Shown one piece after another: positions 22,906 through 34,300 of a stretch of DNA of 56,017 bases. Numbering within the stretch: position 1 is the first letter of the stretch; each line of letters opens with the position of its first letter. Origin of the DNA: Histomonas meleagridis 2922-C6/04-290x (taxonomy: Eukaryota; Protista; Parabasalia); NCBI GenBank assembly GCA_020184695.1, contig JAANOX010000264.1, positions 1-56,017 on the forward strand, in the 5' to 3' direction. Below the pieces are notes generated by a model, which saw only the letters and a list, made by a program, of their open reading frames with translations, was not told where the DNA came from and made no database searches. A program made the position numbers and the translations under genes.

Positions 22906-25051
22906 GTAGTTATTATTTTTATCGATTCCTTTTTGTTCAAGTAGTTTTTTAATTATTTCTGTGTATCCGCCCTTAAAAAATGTATTAAATAATCATAACA
23001 AATTCCAAATTTGATAATGAAATGCTAAATTAACAAAACATATATCAAATAAAATAACTAAAAATCTTTAATATTTAAATCTATTCCTTTTTGATGAAGA
23101 AATATTTTTACTAGTTCTTTATTACCAGAATAAGATGCTTTCATAAATGATGTGACAAATATTTTTAAGAATTTCCAAATAAGATAAATAAATATCTTCA
23201 TTATCAATATCAATCCCATCGTGTTCAAGAAGTAATTTAACTATTTCCATGTGGTGACCTTTGAAATATGCTTTTATAAGTGCTGTTTCACATATTTTGA
23301 ATAATGACAAAATATTATTTTGATATTTGAAATTATCAAAAAAAAAGAAAATAGAAAAAATTAAAATTTCTAACTCCTGTGTCAATCCCTTTATGTTCAA
23401 GAAGTAATTTAACTATGGTTTTATCATTTTTTAAAGATGCTTCCATAAGTGCTGTATTAAATTATTCAAACAATTTCCAAATATTATTTTGAAATCCCAA
23501 ATTATTATAATAAATTTTAAATAAAACAAATAAATATCTTTAGCATTAACATCAATTCCTTCTTGTTCAAGAAGTAATTCAACTATTTCTGTATGACCAC
23601 TTAAAGATGCAAAAATAAGTGCTGTATTAAATGATATAACTAATTTCCAAATATTATTTTGAAATCCAAAATTATTATAATAAATTTTAAATAAAACAAA
23701 TAAATATCTTTAGCATTAACATCAATTCCTTCTTGTTCAAGAAGTAATTTAACTATTTCTGTATAGCCATTTTTAGATGCTGTTATAAGTGCTGTTTCAA
23801 ATAATTTAAATAATTTCCAAATATTATTTTGAAATATAAAATTGTTAATAAAAATTTTATGTAAAATAAAGAAATATCTTCGGCATTAATATCAATTCTT
23901 TTTTGCTTTAAAATGTATGCAACAAGTTCAATATTTCCTGAAAATGAAGCAAAAACTAAAATATTTTCTGGAAGTTGATTATTTTTAAGGAAATATTTTA
24001 CAAGAAAAATATTTCCGATTTTTGCTGCTTCATTAATGATATTTTCATTAATTTTCATTCCTTCATTTTCTAAATATGTAAAAATTTCATAATTAAAATA
24101 TGAAACGCATTTTTCTCCTAATTTTTTTAATTTATTAATATCTTCAATTTTATTTTCATAAAGATATTTAAAGATATCATTTCGATGAAACATGATTGCA
24201 GCTTCATATGCTCCTTCAAAAGATGAATGATTTTGTTCACATAAATGAATGATTTCCTCATTTCCACCTGCAACTGCATATTTACCTGTGTTTTCTACAC
24301 TTGAACCATTCATAAGTAAATATTTAAAACATTTAATTGATCCAAAAAATGCTGCATAATCAATTAATGTAACATTTCTTTGATTAATAAATGAACATCT
24401 TTCATACATTGATGGAACAATTTTTTGATTAAAGTCAAAATCACTTTGTGATGATATTTCTTGAAATTTTTCTATTTCATCATTACGAATTATTTTCGCA
24501 ATTTCTTTTGGATTAACTCCTTCTTTAATTAATTGCTTATGAAGTGCAAAATCATTCTATGAAAGTTCTTCATAAGAAATATTTTCTTGATTAAATAAAT
24601 ATTTATATTTATCTGGTTTATCTTGATTAATATGAACAAAAAATGGTTTATGTATATTTTGAATGATTTTTGATTCAAGTAAATTATACTTAATCATGTA
24701 ATTAAGAAAATAAAATGATTCTTGAGTGTTTTCTTTAAGAAGAAATTGAGAAAATAAATTTATTATTTTTGAGTTGATTTTATTATTTTCTTCACATTTT
24801 TCAATTTCTTGGAATAACCTCAAATATATATCAAAATTATTATTATTAATCAGAAGAGATGTATATATCATTCGGCTTATAATGGTATTTTAAGATATTG
24901 GATATTCTTTACAAAACTTGCTGAGAATAAAATTTGATGATTGAGCAAAATTATCTATATTCAAACCAAAGATTATATTTTTGAGCGTTGTAAATGTTTC
25001 CCATTCGTTTTGAGATTTCTGATTTGTTGTTGTTGTTTGCTTTTGATGCAT
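22906..25051 (-). pseudogene. DUF3447-ankyrin locus B: N-terminal half with two in-frame stops, followed by six ankyrin modules separated by spacers
   Basis: ATG 25051, in-frame TAA 24890-24892 and TAG 24557-24559 (locus D has AAG here), then the DUF3447 core. Intact modules follow: TALITASKNGYTEIVKLLLEQEGIDVNAKD, TALIFASLSGHTEIVELLLEQEGIDVNAKD and others. Confidence 0.7.
22984..23875 (-). repeat. Six 20-nt-unit spacers in ankyrin locus B
   Basis: 23796-23875 (80), 23626-23705 (80), 23456-23535 (80), 23287-23365 (79, spans a poly-A run), 23154-23193 (40), 22984-23063 (80). Confidence 0.85.
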
Positions 25052-25317
25052 TTTGACAGAATAAACTAATCAATAACTTAGTATTGAATCTTGTGAATAT
25101 TGATCACTTTTTCTGAATCAAAAAATAATTTATCCAAAATTAGACAAATAGTTTTAATTAAAACACTTGATTTTGAGCTTACAGTAAGTTTTAAATTTTT
25201 ATTAATATTATTTAGTTTAACTAAAATTATATTGTGAAATGTTTTGCTTACACTTCTCTAATTATATTTGCATTTTAGATGCAATCACAGTGCTATTAAC
25301 AATATTTTAAGGAAGCA

Positions 25318-26240
25318 TTACATATTGTTTTGAAATATAAAATTATATAAATAAGAATTTGCTTTATTCATAAGTAAATATTTTACATTTAACTGAACCA
25401 AAAAATGCTGTATAATCAATGAAATGTTACATTGATTAATAATTTTTTTCTTGCATGAAGTGATGATCAAAATCGAATTCATTTTGTGATAATATTTTTT
25501 GTATTTTTTGGATGTCATCATACCCATTTAATAGCTATTTCACCACATGGATTAACTCCTTCTTTAATATATTATTGCTTATGAGTTCCCAATCATTCAA
25601 TGATAATTTCTCATAATTATCAGTGATATGTTCCAGGAATAAAGATATAGATGAATTCATTTGATATATTTCATCTAATGCTTTATAATGAATAAAATGT
25701 AACGAATTTTTATTTTTAATAGGTTGTTCTTCAATTAACTTGCAAAAGAATTTGAAATTGTTTGAAAAATTCAAAAACTATTCCAGTATTTTGTTTTCAT
25801 GCTTTAAAATATGAAGGAATTATCTAACAAACAACATGTTTAAATGAACATGGAAATTGTTGTTTAATAATTTTTTTTTGATGTTTTCTCAATTTCTTAA
25901 AATATTATTTTCATTCATTTATAGCTTGTCCTTAAGCCCACAAAAAAATTTTCCGGCTTATGGAAAAATGACACTTGGGTACCCGTTAACGATAGCAACA
26001 GTAACCGTTTATTTTTATAATCACGAAATATTTGGCGCCAATTTTTGTGTTGTTTACATTTTCTGAAGCGCCCTTTAATTTGTTCAAATCATCGAGAGAC
26101 ATTATGCTTACTAACCCTTATTTTAACAGTATCAATCATGGTTATTTAAAAAAAAGATCACAAATAAATTTCAATATTACAGATATTTTAGTATTAATAT
26201 CGATTCCTTCTATGAATCAAAAGTAATTTAAATATATTAT
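25318..26240 (-). pseudogene. Heavily decayed DUF3447-ankyrin relic(s)
   Basis: Fragments equivalent to LIDYTAFFGSVKC/KYLLMN (about 25360-25435), LSLNDWELI...KELIH, and EGIDINTK (about 26190-26215). Confidence 0.5.
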
Positions 26241-26378
26241 AAATAAAATACTGATGATTATACTATAAGATAAAAGACTTTCAATTAACAAATTAAAAAA
26301 ATTTATATCTATTAAACATTTACATAACAAAATTACATCAATAAAGCGACCGTTAGTGAAAGACCGTTAGTTAAATTT

Positions 26379-27761
26379 CTACAAAATATTTTCAAGTTTC
26401 TCGATAATCCAACTCAGATTGAACATTGGTTCCTGCGGGACCTTTGGGTAGCACGTAAATTCTCCGCACCTACACTTTTCGTTGCCATTTTTAAAATAAT
26501 TAATTGATATGTTATTTGCAAATTCTTCGAACCACTTATTACATAATAAATCTGGATGTGACACATCGATTACTGATGAGTTCACAGGCTTCATCCATAT
26601 CATATGTAATAAGCTACTTATATGATCACCTATTAAAACTTTTGCATCACTTATTTCGTCTCTTATTTTCTCTACTGAATCAACGCTTTCTATCTGTGAT
26701 ATTATTACATCTGGAAATTTTTCTTGTAAAGTTTCATATAAAATTGAATAAATATTTTCCGATATAACGATTTTCTTTTTATAATTTTTGTCGAATTTCG
26801 GAATGAGCTTTATATCTTCTGACAAAGTTTTTAACGCATTTATCAGTTGTTTTGGTTCTGTTATTTGCGAACGAGTCGACGTAACAACAAGTGAACTAAA
26901 GCACATGATGTCATCAAGTTTTATTGGTGACTCATCAGTAATTAACTCTAAAACATCATCCGAAACAGATTGTCTGAAGACAGTGTTCGCATCTTTTGGC
27001 GGAATATTATTAAATGAATAACTTTTCGCAAGTGGAATAAAGGTGAAAAGAATTTGCTCCCATGCAGCGCGTGATGGATTAGCAACGAGGAAATGGGTTT
27101 CTGGAATCAAATCTACTTTTTTGTTGGATAAATAAGAATTGATCTCTAAATTAAGCATTTGAAATTTGAGAAGTTCACCATTAAATTGAATCCCTGAATG
27201 ATTCCCAATAACATCGGTGAAGTATAGGAACTTGCCATTTTCAATACATACATTAGTAAGCTTGGAAATATCCGTTCCGGGATTATTGCTGGTACTATGT
27301 TGCTTATGGTGGAATTTAATATCGGAAAGATTTGCATGCAATGTATGAGGATTGCCGCCAAGGCATTTGGATGTGATATTAGATTGTCCTGCAAAGGAAT
27401 GAACTATGCTAAAATTTAATGATACAGAATCACGTGTGACATTTTGAAAGAAATCACCGCTGTAAGTAATGTTTACGGGCCCAGCTTGTATTTCTATTGA
27501 AATAAAATGTGGGAGATAATCTGGTGGAAATTCGAGAGATGGAGGAGTTTCAAAATTTAAATCAATTTTCCCACTCCCATCATTGATTGATTTAAAATGA
27601 AGATAGCGACAATCAATGGAATTGATTTTTTTGGAAAATGGTGGGATGATTGGACCTTTGTCAATATATAAAAGTAAAACAGAAAATATACCAACAATAA
27701 ATGATAAAATTCTAATATAATTTTTTGTTTCATTTGTCTTGTTTGGATTTTCTCTAATCAT
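26379..27761 (-). CDS. Type II membrane glycosyltransferase, GT61-like
   Basis: N-terminal TM (ILSFIVGIFSVLLLYI); C-terminal DAKVLIGDHISSLLHMIWMKP..SVIDV resembles the GT61 motif advlvgvHGagltn.lfm.p.s.viEl. ATG 27761 avoids overlap with the plus-strand neighbour. Confidence 0.55.
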   Translation of the reverse strand: MIRENPNKTNETKNYIRILSFIVGIFSVLLLYIDKGPIIPPFSKKINSIDCRYLHFKSINDGSGKIDLNFETPPSLEFPPDYLPHFISIEIQAGPVNITYSGDFFQNVTRDSVSLNFSIVHSFAGQSNITSKCLGGNPHTLHANLSDIKFHHKQHSTSNNPGTDISKLTNVCIENGKFLYFTDVIGNHSGIQFNGELLKFQMLNLEINSYLSNKKVDLIPETHFLVANPSRAAWEQILFTFIPLAKSYSFNNIPPKDANTVFRQSVSDDVLELITDESPIKLDDIMCFSSLVVTSTRSQITEPKQLINALKTLSEDIKLIPKFDKNYKKKIVISENIYSILYETLQEKFPDVIISQIESVDSVEKIRDEISDAKVLIGDHISSLLHMIWMKPVNSSVIDVSHPDLLCNKWFEEFANNISINYFKNGNEKCRCGEFTCYPKVPQEPMFNLSWIIEKLENIL

Positions 27762-27799
27762 TCTGTAAAAGATAAAAACCAAATTTTGGTTTAAGCGGA

Positions 27800-27833
27800 A
27801 ACCGTTTACTTCAATCGTACTGAATAAACGGTT
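27800..27833. promoter_or_regulatory. Inverted pair of Myb/M3-like sites in an 84-bp bidirectional promoter
   Basis: AACCGTTTA (27800-27808) and TAAACGGTT (27825-27833) are perfect reverse complements lying between divergent ATGs at 27761 and 27846. Confidence 0.45.
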
Positions 27834-27845
27834 CCTTGACACAAG

Positions 27846-28979
27846 ATGCGACAAACCCCGGGAAATCAACAACCTTATCAAAATAGATATAATCAACAAA
27901 ATAGAAGGCCTCAACAATTTAGGGGAAAACAAAATTATAATCCCAATTATCGAGATAACCAATATTATCAAAATAATTATGACCGAAACAAATATGATTC
28001 TGAATATGGATTTGAAACCCTTGAACAGTTTCGAAATCAAATTGAGGCACAAGTACATTATTCTTCTGGTAGAAATAAAATTCTTTCATTATTTACAGGT
28101 CAAAAAAATCAATCATGGTTAATTACAGAAATTATTGGTATTATGGATTCATTAGTTCAATTTCATGGGGGCATTGTTTTTATTTCGAATATTCATCATA
28201 AGCTTCTATTCAGATCAAATGAATGGTCTAATGCCCTGTTCCACTACTTTAATCAAATCTTATTAGATCCAGTAGGCTTTGAGCTTTATCATACAATAAT
28301 ATCAGACATTCCACAAAATCAGATAGTTCCATTTTCCCAGTTATGTTTTGATCAATTCATGCGAGTTGATGACCCTGAGCTTTTTGGTCTTATTTCAGCA
28401 CTTATTCAGCTTATATCCACAAGCTATCCAAATCTTTATTCAAATCTTTGTAATCTGCAATTATATCTTCCTCGTCCACAAGCTACATTAGTAGCCCGTA
28501 CCCTTATCGAATATGGGGAAGAATCAACAATAGAACAATTCGTTGACGACATCGAGTCGAAGCTTTTTGATTTGATTCACGCTCAAGATCTATCGGAGGT
28601 TATTTCGTCACTTTTGATCCGCGGCCCACAAAAACGTCGCGAATCGATTTTCAACAAACTTTCACCCATTTTTAATGATATGATTATGAATCCATATCAA
28701 TGGAAGATTCTACATACGTTGTTAAGTGTTGTTTCAATGAGACAAAAAATTAATCTTGCAACGATTATCGTACAGAGTGTATCATTTCCTAGCAAGCCTC
28801 CGTATTTGGATATATTAATCATACACGCATTGGAGTCAGTAGATATGCAATCAAGAATTCAATTATGGCATAATAATATGGCATTGGTTCATGACCCGCA
28901 ATTAACAAGAGTGCCTGAATACTTGGCAAGACTTGAAAAAAGAATGTTAGCTTTGAGGAACGAATATACGAAAATGTAA
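27846..28979 (+). CDS. Pumilio/Puf-like helical-repeat protein with a Q/N/R/Y-rich N-terminus
   Basis: Prion-like N-terminus; degenerate PUM-like repeats (LFDLIHAQDLSEVISSLL, FNDMIMNPYQWKILHTLL). Confidence 0.5.
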   Translation: MRQTPGNQQPYQNRYNQQNRRPQQFRGKQNYNPNYRDNQYYQNNYDRNKYDSEYGFETLEQFRNQIEAQVHYSSGRNKILSLFTGQKNQSWLITEIIGIMDSLVQFHGGIVFISNIHHKLLFRSNEWSNALFHYFNQILLDPVGFELYHTIISDIPQNQIVPFSQLCFDQFMRVDDPELFGLISALIQLISTSYPNLYSNLCNLQLYLPRPQATLVARTLIEYGEESTIEQFVDDIESKLFDLIHAQDLSEVISSLLIRGPQKRRESIFNKLSPIFNDMIMNPYQWKILHTLLSVVSMRQKINLATIIVQSVSFPSKPPYLDILIIHALESVDMQSRIQLWHNNMALVHDPQLTRVPEYLARLEKRMLALRNEYTKM

Positions 28980-29304
28980 TTTGTAAAACAAATTGTTTTA
29001 AGAAATAATTTTTCATTTTTTATTTTTTCTTTTTTAATAGAGTATAATAATTCTTCAATTTAAATAATTCAACATTAATCCAACATGTTTGTGTTTCATA
29101 TAACAATATTGATTAATTACAAAATATTCAATAATCGCATTTTAAAATTTGATATACCATTAAATAAAATTGGAATAATATATTGTTATGTTCATTAATC
29201 TTCTATTTTTATCGGATTTTTTATCAAGTGTTCAAATTATATTAGTAAAAATTAATTTGAGCTTATTATGTTATGTGAATACACAAATTTAAAAAAATTT
29301 ATGA

Positions 29305-31229
29305 TTATGGAATTAGTTTATCTTTATTTTCCTCGAATATTTTATCAAGCATACAATTAGCATTAATTTCAATTCCTTTTTGTTCAAGAAGTAATTTAAC
29401 TATTTCCGTAAAACCTTCTTTAGATGCCAAAATAAGCGCTGTTTGAAATAATTTAAATAATTTCCAATTATTATTTTATAATATCAAATTATTAAAATAA
29501 ATTTTAAATAAAACAAATAAATAATAAACATAACAAATAAATATTAAATAAAACAAACAAATATTTCTACCATTAACATCAATTCCTTTTTGTTCAAGAA
29601 GTAATTTAACTATATTACTTTTCCTCGCTTCCATAAGTGCTGTATAAAATAATTTAAATAATTTCCAAATATTATTTTGAATTTCCAAATTATTAAAATA
29701 AATCCAAAATAAAACAATTAAATATCTTTAGCATTAATATCAATTCCTTTTTGTTCAAGAAGTAATTTAACTATATTACTTTTCCTCGCTTCCATAAGTG
29801 CTATATCAAATAATTTAAATAATTTCCAAATATTATTTTGAATTTCCAAATTATTAAAATAAATCCAAAATAAAACAATTAAATATCTTTAGCATTAATA
29901 TCAATTCCTTTTTGTTCATGAAGTAATTTGACTATTTCTGTATGACCATTATAAGATGCTTCAATAAGTGCCGTTCTAAATAATTTAAATAATTTTCGAA
30001 TATTATTTTGAAATCAAAAATTATTAAAATAAATCTCAAATAAAACACATAAATATCTTTTGCATTAATATCAATTCCTTCTTGCTTTAATATATATTGA
30101 ACATGTTCTATATTTCCTGATCTCGCTGAAGAAACTAAAATATCTTTTGGGATAGGATTTTCTTTAATCAAACATTTTGTAAGAAATATGTTTCCTTTTT
30201 TCGCTGATATATTTATAATAGAATCATTAATTTTCATTCCTTCTTTGAGTAAAAATGATAAAATTTCATAATTACAAAAAGAAATACATTTCTTTCCTAA
30301 GTGATTCAAATCGATTTCATTAAATTTATTTTCATAAAGATATCATTTCGATGAAACATAATTGCAACTTCATATGCTCCTTCAAATGAAGAATGATTTT
30401 GTTCACATAAATGAATAATTTCTTCATTTCCACCTGCAACTGCATATTTACCTGTATTAATTACATCTGCATCATTCATAAGTAAATATTTAAAACATTT
30501 AATTGATCCAAAAAATGCTGCATAATCAATTAATGTAACATTTCTTTGATTAATAAATGAACATCTTTCATACATTGATGGAACAATTTTTTGATTAAAG
30601 TCAAAATCACTTTGTGATGATATTTCTTGAAATTTTTCTATTTCATCATTTCGAATTATTTTCATAATTTCATTAGGATCATGTCCTTCTTTAATTAACT
30701 TCTTATGAAGTTCCCAATCATTCTTTTTAAGATTACTTATGTCTAAATCATCAATAAATTTTTCATCACACGAATCAAACAATTTATTTAATTCTTCATC
30801 TTCCGTGTAATAATGCATAAAATAAAGTGATTCTTTTTTTTTTTAATAATTTTTTGATCAATTATTTTTTGCTCTATCATACAGTCTAAAAAATAATATG
30901 ATTCACTAAAAAATTTAAAATTCTTATTAAGCAAATGTATAAATACATCCAAAATCTTTGATTTACAATGAATGTTTTTTTTCATATTCGTCAATTTTCT
31001 TTACAAAATCTATACATATGTCCGCATCACACTTTTTAATAGCAAACAATAAGAGAATCATTTGACCAATAATTTGATTAAAAGAGTATGAGTAATTTGA
31101 ATCGAATATATCAATGATTGATTGCACTGATTGAGAAACATTATCATGAACTAAACCGAAAATTATATATTGAATTAATTGGAGTTTTTCCCATTCATTT
31201 GTATCAGCATTATTAGGAATGCGTTGCAT
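29305..31229 (-). pseudogene. DUF3447-ankyrin locus C: frameshifted N-terminal half, four ankyrin modules separated by spacers
   Basis: ATG 31229; frameshifts near 30975 and 30835 (A-runs) and a 10-nt deletion between ATCTTT direct repeats near 30335. The modules remain open. Confidence 0.7.
29443..30054 (-). repeat. Four 20-nt-unit spacers in ankyrin locus C
   Basis: 29975-30054 (80), 29805-29884 (80), 29644-29723 (80), 29443-29562 (120). Confidence 0.85.
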
Positions 31230-31333
31230 ACAATTGCCCTATTTTTTTGCTTTTTAAGATTATTTTACGGTTTTGACATTCTGCCGTGGCACCTCTGTAA
31301 ACTAGTCAAAAAAAACGATGGAAAACATTTTCT

Positions 31334-34300
31334 ATGAACAGCTTCTACGCAATGAATTTTCAAAGCTCAGCTACTCCAGAGGAGCCTATTAAAATCGAAA
31401 ATGAAGATCATATTTATCAATCAATCTCAATGGAATTACTTATTACGTCAGAACACATCATATTCAACTTATCCGAAGAAAATATTGAATCGTCAGCTCA
31501 CCAAACGATGATATTGTTTGATCCAAATTTCCCACTTTCATTTAACATTCTAATAAGTAGATTGGTTTATTATGCCATTTTAACGCAAAACAAATCATTT
31601 GAAATATATTTAAATTACTTAAAAAACATCCAAAAAAATGAAACTGATAAAAGTATTCCTGATGTCATTACATGTTTTATTAATTATGCATCTAAAAACA
31701 AATATCAAGAATCATATTATTTAATTGAAAAAATGATCGAAAAAAATTTACTTGATAAAAGCATTACTAATGATATTCAATCACCATATTTTGCACATCT
31801 AAATCCCAAAAAATTCACTCAGACAAATCAGAGTAATCAATTGAATGGACCACCTCAATTTCCGTTCTCAAAACCATATTATCGATTTAAGAAAACGCTA
31901 ATTCAATCCAATATTACATTAGCGATTTCTCCAGAACTTTCGAAGAATAATTTCGAACTTCATAAGAAATATATTGAAGAAGGACATAATCCTAATGAAA
32001 TTGCGAAAATGATTCGAAATGATGAAATAGAAAAATTTCAAGAAACATCATCACAACCAAAATTTAACTTTAATCAAATAATTGAGCCATCAATGTATGA
32101 AAGATGTTCATTTATTAATCAAATAAATGTTACATTAATTGATTATGCAGCATTTTTTGGATCAATTAAATGTTTTAAATATTTACTTATGAATGGTTCA
32201 AGTGTAGAAAACACAGGTAAATATGCAGTTGCAGGTGGAAATGAAGAAATTATTCATTTATGTGAACAAAATCATTCTTCATTTGAAGGAGCATATGAAG
32301 CTGCAATTATGTTTCATCGAAATGATATCTTTAAATATGTTTATGAAAATAAATTAGAAAAATCAGATGAAAATAGCCAACAAAACAAATCAAATACACA
32401 AAACTTCCAAAATTATATGAATATGTTCAATTTTTATCGTAATAATAAAAAGACACCAGATATTAATGATTTGGGAGTTTTTTGCATAAAAAATGGAAAT
32501 TATGAAATTCTTTCATTACTAGAAAAAGAAGTCATGAATGTTAATGACTCTTCTATTAATGATGTCGCGCAAGATGGTAACTTATATCTTATTAGAAATT
32601 TGTTCCAACATTGTCAAATTCCGAAAAATATTTTGGCATTTGCAGCAGAATCTGGAAATATGGAACTTATTAAATACGTTCTTACTATTTCTGGTATTGA
32701 TGTTAATGCATTGAATGTTTATTTTAATAATTTAAAAATGCTTGCGTTAAGTATTTGGAATTTATTTTAATGATTTAAAGCAGCACTCCATTTGGCAGTC
32801 GAAAATAATAATATGGAATTACTTAAATTACTTTTGGATAAAAGTACAATTGATATTAATGTAAAAACTGTTTGTTTTGTTGTTTTAATATTTGTTTTAA
32901 TATTTTAGTGTTTGTTTTAATGTTTTAGTGTTTGTTTGATTGTTTTAATGTTTGTTTTAATGTTTTATCATTCGTTTTAATGTTTTAATATTCGTTTAAA
33001 TGATTTAAATATAGTCATAATCTTGAAACTGCTCTTCATTTGGCTGTTAAAAATAATAACATTGAAATGGTGAAATTACTTTTAGATAAAGGAATTGATG
33101 TTAATGGTGCATATGTTTGTTTCCATGACGTGATATTTAATACAAAAATTTGCAATTTGTTTCAAAAATTTGATATTTGTTATAATATTTCAGAATTTGT
33201 TTTAATATTTCAAAATTTGTTTTAACATTTCAAAATTTGTTTTAATATTTTATAGATTTTTTAAGTAATTTGGAGTTTGTTTGGATAATTTGATGTTGAT
33301 TTGAATGATTTGATATTTATTATAATTACTTTGGATTTGTTGCAAAAATTTATAATTTACATATATAATTTGATGTTTGTAATAACAATTTGATGTTTAT
33401 AATAGCAATTTGATATTTGTTTTAACAACATGAAATATGTTTTGTTAATTTTGGATATGTTTTTATATTTTCTAATATATTTTAATAATTTGAAATTAGT
33501 TTTTAAGATTTGATATTTGTTCTTAAAATTTGATACTTGTTTTTATGTTTTGAAATTTATTATAATGTTTTGATGTTTATTTTAAAGACTTTGGATTTAC
33601 TTAAAAGATTTTGGGTTTATTTTTATTATTTGAAATTTATTTTGGTAATTTGAAGTTTGTTGTGGTTATTTGATATTTCCTTTAATGATTTGAAGTTTAC
33701 TTCGGTAATTTGATATTTGTTGTAATAATTTAGAATTTGTTTTAATGTTTTAGTATTTATTATAATGTTTTAAAGTTTGTTCGAATCTTTTAGCATTTAT
33801 TTTAATAATTTTATATTTATTTTAAGTATTTAAAGTTTTACTTTATAATTTGGTATTTATATTAATAATTTGTAATTTATTTTGTTGATTTGGTACAGCA
33901 CTTCATATAGCAATCAATAATAATAACATCGAAATGTTTAAATTACTTTTAGAACATGAAGGAATTGATGTTTATGCAAAGTGTGTTTGTTTTAACAAGA
34001 GATAATTTATATAAATAATTTGAAGTTTGTTCTAATAAATTAAAGTTTGTTTTAGTTATATGAAATATGTTTTAATAATTTGATATTTGATTTTATAATT
34101 TCATATTTGATATAATGATTTAATGTTTATTTAAATGAATTTACTTTTGTTTTAATAATTTGAAATTAATTTAATATTTTCGAAGTTTGGTTTTGTAATT
34201 TGAAATTTGTTTATATATTTTTGTGTTTCTTTTAATATATTAAAGTTCTTTTTCACAATTTCATGTTTATTTTTATGTTTTGAGATTTGTTTAAGTAATT

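Noticed and set aside
23626-23705. Canonical GT-AG intron reading of the ankyrin spacers (GTTTTATTT...GAAACAG or ...AATACAG)
   Set aside because: Splicing at that GT and the AG in ACAG leaves the TAL module out of frame, many spacers lack the GT, and there is no ACTAAC branch motif.
7442-25051. Stop-codon reassignment (TAG/TAA read as amino acids)
   Set aside because: All long conserved genes are free of internal stops and end in TAA/TGA/TAG. In-frame stops occur only in loci that have other lesions or paralogous intact codons.
27762-28058. Overlapping antisense coding between the GT61-like and Pumilio-like ORFs
   Set aside because: Starting GT61 at ATG 27761 gives a normal type II membrane topology and removes the overlap.
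33115-33894. 20-mers as coding units read with a frameshift per unit (F-D-I-C-F-N)
   Set aside because: Several units have stops in that frame (for example the 1st, 19th and 20th). The low stop count is explained by the consensus itself.
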